A stretch of DNA of 60,627 bases, taken from contig DCHI01000054.1 in assembly GCA_002314795.1 (NCBI GenBank), forward strand, positions 1 to 60,627. The letters are read 5' to 3'. A program made the position numbers and the translations under genes. Numbering within the stretch: the stretch's first letter is position 1; the number at the start of each line of letters is the position of its first letter. The stretch comes from Bacteroidales bacterium UBA1756 (GTDB lineage: Bacteria > Bacteroidota > Bacteroidia > Bacteroidales > WCHB1-69). Of the stretch, positions 46,354 to 56,100 are shown piece by piece. Below the pieces are notes generated by a model, which ran no database searches, had not been told where the DNA came from, and saw only the letters and a program-made list of their open reading frames with translations.

Positions 46354-47889
46354 ATGGGAATTATTGCACGACAAAGCATTAAAGGAACTATTGCCAACTA
46401 CATTGGTGTGGCAATCGGATTTGTTACAACATTTTTTGTCCTCACTGCGTATCTGACGCCGGAGGAGGTCGGCTTGACGCGCGTGTTGGTAGATGCCGCC
46501 ACACTGTTCTGCTCGCTTTCATTGTTAGGAACCACCTCGTCAACCATACGGTTTTATCCGCTTTTTAAAGATGAAAGTAGAAATCTGCAAGGACTTTATT
46601 TCTGGACTTTAATCATTCCGTTTGTCGGTTTTTTATTGTTTCTTGCTGCTTTTTTTATTTTTAAAGGATTGATAATAAGCACGTTTACAGATAAATCACC
46701 GCTATTTGTAAACTATGTCTATTATACGTTGCCGGTTGCATTTTTCATTCTGTATATGACGGTTTTCGAGACGAACGCCACGTTATTGTCACGCGTTGCC
46801 GTTCCTCGTTTCATCCGAGAGGTTTTTATCCGTTTGGGGTTGTTGGCCGGCTATTTGCTGTTTGGTTTTGATGTTATTGATTTGGATGGGCTGGTTATCG
46901 TTCTTTGTGCCACATACGGTTTGGGAGCGTTGTTCAATCTCTGCTATTTGCTGTTTTCGCAGAAAATCTCGTTTAAACCAGACTTTAAAAACATCACGCC
47001 GGCACTTCGGCGCGATTTCCTTTTATACACACTGTTTCTGCTTACTTCCGCCATTGTGAGCAGCGTTCTTCCCACGTTGAGCAGTTTCTTCATCAGTGCC
47101 AAATTGGGGCTGACTTTTACAGGCATTTACGCCATTGCCAACTACATTGCGGCGGTGGTTGAGATTCCGTCCCGTTCGTTGAATGCGTTAGTGCAGCCGC
47201 AGGTGGCGGTTGCCTTGCGAGCCACACCGCCCGATGTACAGACCGCCACTCGGTTGTACCAGAAAGTTTCCTTGAACCAACTTATTGTCGGTATGGTCAT
47301 CCTGATTCTGATTTGGATCAACATTGACCTGTTTTTCGCCTTGCTTCCCAATGGACAAGAGTATGCTTTAGGAAAATGGGTGGTACTGATTTTAGCATTA
47401 ACCAAGTTGTTTTCTTCGGCGGTTACTGTTGGCGGCTCCTCGTTAAGTTACACCCGTTTTTACTATACGTCCTTGTTCTTCACTTTGTTTTATACGGTGG
47501 CGTCCATCTTCTTGAACACGTACCTTATTCCAATTTATGGAATCGAAGGAGGTGCCTTGGCTACGTTGATTTCGTGTGTGGTGTATAATGCGGCATTGTT
47601 GCTTTACGTTTGGATACGCGTGCGGACGACCCCGTTTTCCAAACGACAGATTTGGGTTCTCGTTATCGGATTTATTATGTTGGCAATCAATTATTTGCTG
47701 GTTCTTTTATCCAACGTCTGTTGTTCCGAACCTTCCACCATAGTTGAGATTGTGATTGCCATCATTCGCACGGGCGTTGTAGCAATTGCGGGACTTTTAC
47801 TTTTCTATTATGGAAAAGTTTCGGAGGATTTCAACTCCTTGATATTAAAAGTATGGAGTAAGCGCCCCGGTTGTAAATTCGCCAAATAG
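46354..47889 (+). CDS. Polysaccharide biosynthesis / oligosaccharide flippase (Wzx/MOP-superfamily) protein
   Basis: 511 aa and polytopic. The N-terminus is MGIIARQSIKGTIANYIGVAIGF. Confidence 0.7.
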   Translation: MGIIARQSIKGTIANYIGVAIGFVTTFFVLTAYLTPEEVGLTRVLVDAATLFCSLSLLGTTSSTIRFYPLFKDESRNLQGLYFWTLIIPFVGFLLFLAAFFIFKGLIISTFTDKSPLFVNYVYYTLPVAFFILYMTVFETNATLLSRVAVPRFIREVFIRLGLLAGYLLFGFDVIDLDGLVIVLCATYGLGALFNLCYLLFSQKISFKPDFKNITPALRRDFLLYTLFLLTSAIVSSVLPTLSSFFISAKLGLTFTGIYAIANYIAAVVEIPSRSLNALVQPQVAVALRATPPDVQTATRLYQKVSLNQLIVGMVILILIWINIDLFFALLPNGQEYALGKWVVLILALTKLFSSAVTVGGSSLSYTRFYYTSLFFTLFYTVASIFLNTYLIPIYGIEGGALATLISCVVYNAALLLYVWIRVRTTPFSKRQIWVLVIGFIMLAINYLLVLLSNVCCSEPSTIVEIVIAIIRTGVVAIAGLLLFYYGKVSEDFNSLILKVWSKRPGCKFAK

Positions 47890-47990
47890 CGGATAATATT
47901 TGCAAATTTCACTTCGCAGAAGAAATAATTTTATTGCAAGTTGCTGATTTGTAATAATGTAATTGATGTTGACGAAGCAAATAATTTTTG

Positions 47991-47998
47991 TACTTTTG
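47991..47998 (+). promoter_or_regulatory. -7 box TACTTTTG upstream of tRNA-Ser
   Basis: The sequence is ttgTACTTTTGcgcc, 7 nt before the tRNA 5' end. Confidence 0.55.
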
Positions 47999-48004
47999 CG
48001 CCTT

Positions 48005-48091
48005 GGAAAGTTGCCAGAGAGGTCGATCGGGGCAGACTCGAAATCTGTTGAACCCTTCGGGGTTCCGGGGGTTCGAATCCCTCACTTTCCG
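48005..48091 (+). tRNA. tRNA-Ser (anticodon CGA)
   Basis: Hand fold: acceptor GGAAAGT/ACTTTCC, anticodon stem GCAGA/TCTGT, loop CTCGAAA, long variable hairpin (GAACCC-TTCG-GGGTTC), T-arm GGGGG-TTCGAAT-CCCTC, discriminator G. Confidence 0.85.
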
Positions 48092-48097
48092 CAAGGC

Positions 48098-48125
48098 AAA
48101 AGCAGCGTGAAAACGCTGCTTTTTT
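48098..48125 (+). terminator. Intrinsic terminator after tRNA-Ser
   Basis: Stem aaaagcagcg-tgaaaa-cgctgctttt followed by a T-run. Confidence 0.7.
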
Positions 48126-48216
48126 CGTAGGCGAAATGTCGTCGCCAGCTCGCTGGCGAAAGACGGAGCGCCTACGAAAAAAGCCACTGCAAAGCAGTGG
48201 CTTTTGCCTTGCAAGG
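48120..48216. repeat. Two further terminator-like hairpins plus an enclosing inverted repeat (nested palindromes) at the island junction
   Basis: The arms ttttttcgtaggcg (48120-48133) and cgcctacgaaaaaa (48169-48182) enclose the inner stem cgccag/ctggcg. A third hairpin pairs aaaagccactgc (48179-48190) with gcagtggctttt (48194-48205). An outer inverted repeat pairs caaggcaaaag (48092-48102) with cttttgccttg (48201-48211). Confidence 0.7.
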
Positions 48217-49301
48217 GAGCCCGCGGCGGCGCGTGCGCCGTCAAGCCCCAAGTCTTGGAAGATGGGAAGCAGCTTGTCGAAGCCGCCCGCCCCGGAGAAG
48301 CCCGCGAGCACCTTCTTCAGTGCCTCGTTCATGTCGTTCTCAATCAGGTTTGTGAACTGCTCAAGTTCCATTCCCGCGACTTGGGCGAACTCGGCGGGTT
48401 TGGAGATGACCTTCTGTATCAGCTTTTGGAAGGCGGTGGCCGACATCTCCACTTTCTGCATATCTTGGTCAAGGGCGGATGCGAAACCGAGGATCTGGTC
48501 GGCGGCGAGTCCGGCTTGTACGGCGATGCCGCCCAAACGCCCTGTGAAGTTGACCACGTACTGCTCGTTGGCGGTGCTGGTCTTGCCCAGTTCGTTGACG
48601 GCGGAGCCCAAAGACAGAAGCTGCTCTTTGAGGTTCTTGTCTTTGAGCATATCGGTGGACTTTTTGTAAACGTCCACCATCTTGCCGATGGCAAGTGTGG
48701 CATCGTCACCGAGAACGTCTCCCATTGAGACGTTGATGACGTCTGCCGCCTCCACGAACTGCTGGACGAGTTCCTCCGTGTTGATGCCGAGCTTTCCGGC
48801 GATGTAGGCGAGGTTGTTGAGCTGTTCGCGTGAAGTCCGGGTGTCCATCTTCTTGAAACTCTCGTTGAGCTCCTCCACCTGCTCGTGCGTGAAGCCGGTG
48901 GTCTTCATCACGTCGGAGTAGATGTCGTCCAAGGCGGCGAGGTCTGTAGCCACCTGTTTGAGGGTGGACGTGATGTTGTCAAGAGAGGACAGGATTTGTG
49001 TGAGACCGCCGACACCTGTGCCGAACTGCATCACCTTGTCGTACATCTCCTGCCAGCCGGATTTCACCGTGCCGATTTGCCTTGCGTGCTCGTTGAGGAC
49101 TTCGCGCAGTTCGCGAATCTTCTTGGCGTGTGCGATGTACTCGTCGGAACCGATGACCATTCGGTTCTGCTCATTCACAAGGCGGTTCATTTCCGCCCGT
49201 ATCTGCTTGACGGAGGCTTCGACCTCCTTGCCGTTGATGTAGATGGTGACTCTTCGTGTGCTGCTCTTTTCCATAAGCTGATGTTTTGGCAAAGTTGGCA
49301 C
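48213..49301 (-). pseudogene. 5' fragment (~360 codons) of a phage tail tape-measure protein gene (TP901-family-like core), 3'-truncated at the tRNA-Ser flank
   Basis: It has a coiled-coil N-terminus and TMP-type core (LNNLAYIAGKLGINTEELVQQFVEAADVINVSMGDVLGDDATLAIGKMV...GRLGGIAVQAGLAADQILGFASAL...FQDLGLDGARAA). The remaining ~95 codons of ORF 47931-49301 are antisense to the hairpins and the tRNA (AESEGFEPPEP is the antisense T-arm), so they are not real coding sequence. Confidence 0.65.
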
Positions 49302-49372
49302 AAGTGTCCGTCACGTTATGGGACGAAGAAAGGGAAGCGTGAACTATACCAGTGCTTTCCCATTAACATATA

Positions 49373-50140
49373 CTATTTTTTTTTCACAAGAATCAATTCT
49401 CCGAATATCAACCTTTTATTGTCCTCATAGCCACAAATTTGATTGTATTCATTGGATGAATATATAGGGATTTTTATGGTATCAGGAAAAATTCCTTTCA
49501 AATTCTGTTCATTACAATCAAATAATTCATTTTCGTAATAAGGTGCACTAAAAATTAATTCAGGCCATATGCCACAGGGTGCATCCCAATAAAAGCAAAC
49601 CCAGTAATCATCATTAGATTTGATAATATTAGAAAAATCATTCAAACACTTCAATGAATCAACAAAATTTATACTGGCATCAATTCCATTGTTTGTTTTT
49701 TTACCGAAATTAAGTGTATCATTGTTTGAACTTATGATGCGTGAAATACCAATTGTAGTTTTAGAAGGGTTATACACTCCGATTAATTGTTGAGCCTTTA
49801 TAGTCTTACTGTTTTTATAAAAGAGACATTTTTTCCCCAGTGTATCAGGCCAATCATACCAATGCCACCATTCAATATATACTTCATTAAAACTTAATTT
49901 CATTTGGAAAATACTGTCCTTGTATTCAAATGGGAGAGCTTCGTAATAACATACAAAAACTCCTTTGCTCTTTGATTCGTCTGATGAATGGGTATGCCAC
50001 CATTTGGCAGTGCCTTTTTGTAATTCAAGCTTTCTGTTAATCGTGTCAAGAATTTGGTCGCGCTCCTTGAATATGTATGCAATGCCAGCAAATGCCGTTA
50101 CTATAACAAAAGTTATTCCTAATCGTTTTATTTTTACCAT
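49373..50140 (-). CDS. Putative cognate immunity protein of the RHS toxin tip (membrane-anchored, 255 aa)
   Basis: The ATG overlaps the RHS stop (ccATGgTAA, 50134-50140). The N-terminal TM helix is LGITFVIVTAFAGIAYIF. The gene is very AT-rich (17/60 G+C in line 49441-49500). I recognise no family; the assignment rests on position only. Confidence 0.55.
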   Translation of the reverse strand: MVKIKRLGITFVIVTAFAGIAYIFKERDQILDTINRKLELQKGTAKWWHTHSSDESKSKGVFVCYYEALPFEYKDSIFQMKLSFNEVYIEWWHWYDWPDTLGKKCLFYKNSKTIKAQQLIGVYNPSKTTIGISRIISSNNDTLNFGKKTNNGIDASINFVDSLKCLNDFSNIIKSNDDYWVCFYWDAPCGIWPELIFSAPYYENELFDCNEQNLKGIFPDTIKIPIYSSNEYNQICGYEDNKRLIFGELILVKKK

Positions 50141-53100
50141 GGTTTTGATGGTTTGATTGTCTTTCCTTGTGGATTTGCTTTCTTAATCTCATTGTAGATA
50201 GTTATAGGAATCGCTGTATTGGACATATGTTTAACAAACATATATACAGGGTCTGATTGTACAACAATTTGTCCTAATTTAGTAAACTGTGGTTCTTGAC
50301 TATCTGATTTTGTTTTGACATTAGCACTATTTAATGCGGACACAACTGCTTGAATACAATTGTTAGAAGTGAAATGGTATTGTTCTCCTAACTTCTGTTT
50401 CATCTGATTTCTAATCATATCATCTTGTTTTGCAGTAGTTGGCAACACATATGCTTCTGTATAATAAGTACCACCTTCCCCATCATGATTTACTGTATTT
50501 TCTTGGTGACTATTTAGAAATTCTTTGACGGAGCCCCAACCTTTATTATCTTTTCCCGCATATCCTATATCATCGCCAGTTCCTGAACTTGAACCTGACG
50601 AGCTTTTGTCATCACCATTCTTTGAATACAGGTACCATCTATTGTCTTTGCCTTGAATAAGTAATGCAGCATGTCCCATTCCTCCGACGCTATTTCCTGC
50701 TAATAGTACAGCACAACTATCCCCTGATGGATCAATTACTCTCACCGGATTGTTCGCACAATACACATATGGACTTAGCGACGGATATTTGTCACTCATC
50801 GGATCCACCGAGAGCCAAATGGAGAGGTTGCTGTTGTAATAGCGGGAACCGAAGTACGAGAAGCCTGTCTCTTCGTCACGTTCTTTGCCAGAGAAGGTGT
50901 AGCGGGATTGGTAGTCTCCGCCAGTAATGCGCTGCGTGATGAAAGGCCCACCCCAAGCATTGTATTGGAAGTGTTCGTAGCCGTGCCCTGCAGTATCAGT
51001 CACCCACGATGCACTACCCAAATGGTCGCTATGTTGCCAATAGGTGGTGTGACGGCTGCTCCAATGGGCGGGAAGTGTGCGGAAGTTATAGAATTGTCCC
51101 GGAGGTATGCTGTCAGGGGTATAGAAATCCACAACTGCCTGTTTTGCAACAAGAGCCGCATTTGACGTGGCGTGGCTGTTGAGTCCAGTGATATTTCCAT
51201 CACCTATACGGCTTGCAAAACGTTCGTTTTCAACAAAGTAATGCTTTGTATAGCCATTGGGGGTAACTACCATATAGGGGGATGCATATAACACGGGGTT
51301 TTGGTAGTACGGAATCTTCATGTAAAAAGAACCATTCACCAGCATAAATATCCGTTCGCCGTAGTTTTTATAGTACCTTTCCCCTGAAGCATCGTAAAAA
51401 TAGCAGGAGCCAAGTGCGGGTTTGGTGACCCCTTTCAGCCTATTCTCCTCGTCCCATTGGAAATAGATGTTGTTGCCTTGCTGGGTCATATTTCCATTGG
51501 CATCCCATTTGTAGGTAACACCGTTCATGAAATTTCCCACCTCAGACAGGGTGTGAGGCTGGGTCGTTGAATTATACGAGTATATTGACTGAGAAATACC
51601 TGGCAAACCTGTCCCGACTTGGGTGGTGGAGGTTCTAATTAAAATGCGTCCGTCCGAAGTATAACTGGTTGACAAAACATTGCTTCGGTCTATGGAGCTG
51701 ACTCTCCCTGTTGTCAAACGGTACAAGCTATCGTATGTATAGGTATAAGTGTATTGTCCTCCGAGGGATGATACGGCGTTGGCCGCATTGTGGATATTGG
51801 TAATATTCCCCACCCCGTCGTAGGTGTACCCGATGTCCTGTAAGAGTGTGTCCCCCACATTCCACAGACGCAGGGTTTTCAGTCGTTGCAGGGTGTCGTA
51901 TGTGTATTGTGTGCGTGTGCCGTTCCCATACCACTGTCCAGATTTCAGTTCAAACTCGTTGTAAGTTGTGTGGTTGATGTAATAGTAGGTGTAGGTGGTG
52001 GATGGTATCGGATCTGGAATGATGGGGCCTACAATGCCACCGCCCCCTATGCCGCCTTTCGGCGATATCCCAGATACAAGCTTCGTCCCATAGACGGTGT
52101 CCAACATTCCACCCGTATTATACCTGTAATGCACCACTTCTCCGTCGGGATAGGTGATGGTCTGCACACGATTCCAGCTGTCGTAAACAAAACTCGTTTT
52201 GAACGAATAGCGGTAGGTTTCGTTGGGCAGCACGAAAGTGCGGTGCTCTTCCGTCACCTCGCCCAATTTTCCGTACTTGTACGCACGGAAGCCGGAAGCG
52301 TCTTCCAATAATGCGATTCTTCCGCGCTGGTTGTTGCCCGCGGTGCTATCGCCGTAAGTGTACCGCACATTGTTCTGCGGATTAATGGGATAGATGATGG
52401 AGTCCAGACGGTTGTAGCTGTAATAGTAATTGACGGTCTTGTTTGCATTGGCCAGCACCTGTGTGGTATGCTTGACCATATTCCCTGCGCCGTCATATAG
52501 ATAGGTGTCCGTACCCGCATCAGGATGCACGCGCTGAACCATTCTCCCAAGCATATCGTAGGTGTAGGTGGTGGAGTATCCGCACGGGTCGGTACTTTGC
52601 AGCAACTGCCCCAGCGGGTCATATATGAAGGTGGTTACGGCACCGTGCGGAGCGATGGCCTTCACCTGCTGTTTCCTTGTCCCTGTCAGAGTGGAAACGG
52701 CAATGCCGTTGGGGTCAGTGGTGGTCGTGCTGAAATATGTCCTGCCGCTGTGTGTGCCGAAGCCGTATGAAGTCCTTGTGCTGTCCAGAGTGGGCAGTAC
52801 CACCTTCAATGGGCGGTCGAGGACATCGTAAGTGGTGGATGTGAGGGTGTACGGGACATAATTCGGGTTATAGCCCATATTCTCAAGCGGTTCAACTACC
52901 GGATGGTACTGCGCAACGGTACGACCGAAGCAGTCATACACCACCTTGCCGCTCACAATATGTTTTGGGATGTCCTCCACCTCGGCGTCCTTCTTGGTCT
53001 GGAGCAGCCGCCCCAGCCCGTCACAATAAATGATGGTCTGTATGAGGTCAGTGTCGTGCTGTATGTCGTAGTGTGAGGTGACGGCGTATGAATAGGTCGG

Positions 53101-56100
53101 AGCAGGAGTATTATTTCCGTAGCCTCTTGGATGGTACTCCATTTGGATAGTATATGGGACGGACGCACCTTCGTTGGGACCTTTCAAGCGTACCAGTCTT
53201 CCAGCGGCATCATACCCGTAGCTCATAGTGTTGCCGTTCAAGTCGGTAGTGGTAAGCGGTTTCCCGAAATGAGGATGGTAGGTGGCCGTGGAGGTGTAGC
53301 CGAGCGCATTGTGGACGGTCACGGGGTAGGTGTGCAGTTGTGTATCGTAAGTGTATCGGGTCCACATCCTGTCTGAAAGGGATTCGTAGGGGAGGCTCAT
53401 CCGCTCCACATTCCCGTACATGTCATAGTTATACTCAAACAGCTCGTAGCTGCTATTGTCGGAATAGCGCCGCAGGGAGGTCATGTCCCCGTATGTGTCG
53501 TATGTGCTTGAACGATGCTGCAGGGTTGCGCCGTGATAGTCCTTTACAACAATGTCTGTGGGAAGTGCAATCATATTCCGTTCCATCCCTGCCGCATACT
53601 GGATGTCGGCCACGAAGTATTCGTCCCTGTGCGAGGTGTCACCCCAGTTGATGTAACGGATGACGTTCCGGCGGCTGTCGTATTGTCGGGTAATTGCCGT
53701 GGTGATTTGTGGAGACTCCTGCCCTTCGTAGTAGTTCCTGAACTCAGCCTCAAACCCCGGGTATACCACGGAGGGGCAGTCGGCATCACCGACAGTGTCG
53801 CCTGTCACCATGTCAACCATGGTGGCGAAATAGAACGTCTCAACATATTTGTTCCCAGCAGCATCATACACGCAGTCGTATGTTTTCTTGCCCCTCTTGT
53901 TGAAGTGGCGGTTGTCGAAGCATTCCGCCGTGTATCTGTACACGGAGCCGTCGGGATTGTGCTGCCATGTGGTCACGGAGTCGTAGCCGTAACTGATGCG
54001 CTCGTAGCGGTTGTAGTACGGGTTGTGGTAGGAGAATGTCGTGCGGGCTGTATCGCCGCCAGCATGACTGAGGGAATCACTCACCACCGTTTCCGCAAGG
54101 TTCCACTGCCTTTGGGGGCTGTTGAAGGAGGCGGCGGAAAGTTCATAGTCAAGCTCCACCGTGCTCCCCGTGAAATTGGTGACCTTTTTCAGCAGGTTGG
54201 TCTTGCCCGAACGGTTGTACCAGACCTTCATCACATTCTCAGAGGGCGACATGACATAATCAGGACAGCCGTCACCATTGACATCCACAATCTGAACTCT
54301 GTCCTTGCTGAAAGAGCGGTTGACCGGGGAGGTCTGAACGCCTATGAAGAACTTGAAGGAGCCGAGAAAGGTGAAACCTGCCGTGACACCAATGTTAGCA
54401 GACTCGCTGTAGGAGGTGCTGTGGGAAATGAAATTGATTCCCGGTATGAATACACCCTGTGACCACTGACCGTTGCCGAGGTTGTATCTTACGTTAATGC
54501 CGGAACCTGTCTCTTCCACATAGTCAGGGAGTCCGTCACTGTTGAAATCGCAGAGCATTCCTGTGGTGTTGTTCTCCGAGTTGTTCACACCCAGTCCGCC
54601 GCTGATGCTGGCCTGTGCGATGTTGACAGCCCCGCCCAGTGTCATTCCCGAATTGTCACTTTCCCCGCTACGGATGCCAGGCAGGCGCCAATCCTCAAAA
54701 GGCAGGAAGCCATAGCCGACATTCAGTGCGGCCCTGCCTGCCGAATTGAGCTTGTCGGGAAGGCCGTCACCATTAATGTCCATGAAGGTGTAGGAGGTCT
54801 GGTCTGTGCCGCCGCCGTGACTGGCTCCGATACTGCCCTGCCCGTCAAAACTTATTTTCGCGCTCTTCTGGTTGTTGGACGACTGGCGCGTGGGCAGTGA
54901 GTAGCTTGCCCCGAAAGTACTTCCCTCTGACGAGGTGACGGAGGACGAGATTTTCTGCACATTGGCGTCAAGTGTCTGAACATCTCCGATTCCGCCCCAC
55001 GGGGTGCTGTACTGGACGTATGCCTCACCGACGAAGTCAGGATAACGGTCGCCGTTCAAGTCCATATAATCCGTCAGGATGGTGTTCTCTCCGTTGGATT
55101 CGGACAGCCCCACTGAGATGGGAACAATGGGGATGTCGAGTGAGAGGGAGTAGTTGCCCAGCTTGGAGCGGTTCTGCTTGCGGATGGTCTTCACCATGCC
55201 GTAAGTCGGGTCCGGCTGGGGAATCGGAGAATCATAGTCCTCCATATCGGCGGTCTCCTCCACCGTGGCATATTGGGGAAGGCGGGTGTTGGAGATGGTG
55301 GTGCGGTCGATGAACGTGATGTTGCCGTATCCATTCCAAGACTGGTGCCGGCAGTCGGGGAGCATCTCCACCCAGCAGGTGTTGGAGGCCAGCGGATTGA
55401 ACATATTATTGGCGCTGAATGAGTTCTCAAGATCATCCTGTGAGGTTGAGGCGTCTATAGAGGGGGTCTCATATATGGAGGCTGAATCTGTGACAGCAGT
55501 GGACTGCAGGTGGTCCGCATTGAGCAGCTCTATATGTATGGGTTCTGTGACGGGATAATCGTGGTTGTTGTAGGCGAACTGCCCCCATCCCCTGTACAAG
55601 GGGCCGAAGAGGATGTGTGCGATGGAGTCCACAGCCGTGTGCCTATAGTTGTCAATGGTGAGGTTCACGGAGGGGTAAACCGTCAGCGTGTCGCTGATGG
55701 GGTCAGTGATGGTGGTCCCAACAGGGTGGTAAATGTATGAGAACTCCACCTTTGGGGCAATTTCGATTTCCCCGTAGCTCACGCTGTCAGGGATGACTGC
55801 AATGAAGTGCATTTCGCAGGCCGAATCCACTGCAAGCCCTGAAAACAATTGCACACTATGATGCGGTCCCGGAAGAAGGAAGACCGTGTCCCCAAGAACA
55901 TTACGGTTGCTGTCAAGACAGAACAAAAGCACCGTGTCGCTGACATTACCGATACTCACATCGGCTGTCGCGGTCGCTGTGCCGTATGTGTGTGTCTTGT
56001 AGTAGTCCTTTCCGCAAACAAAGAAGTCCTCCTTCGAGTCGTAGATGTCCCCCCTCATACCGTACCTGTCACGGGCGGTGTCCGTATCGTAGATGATGCG

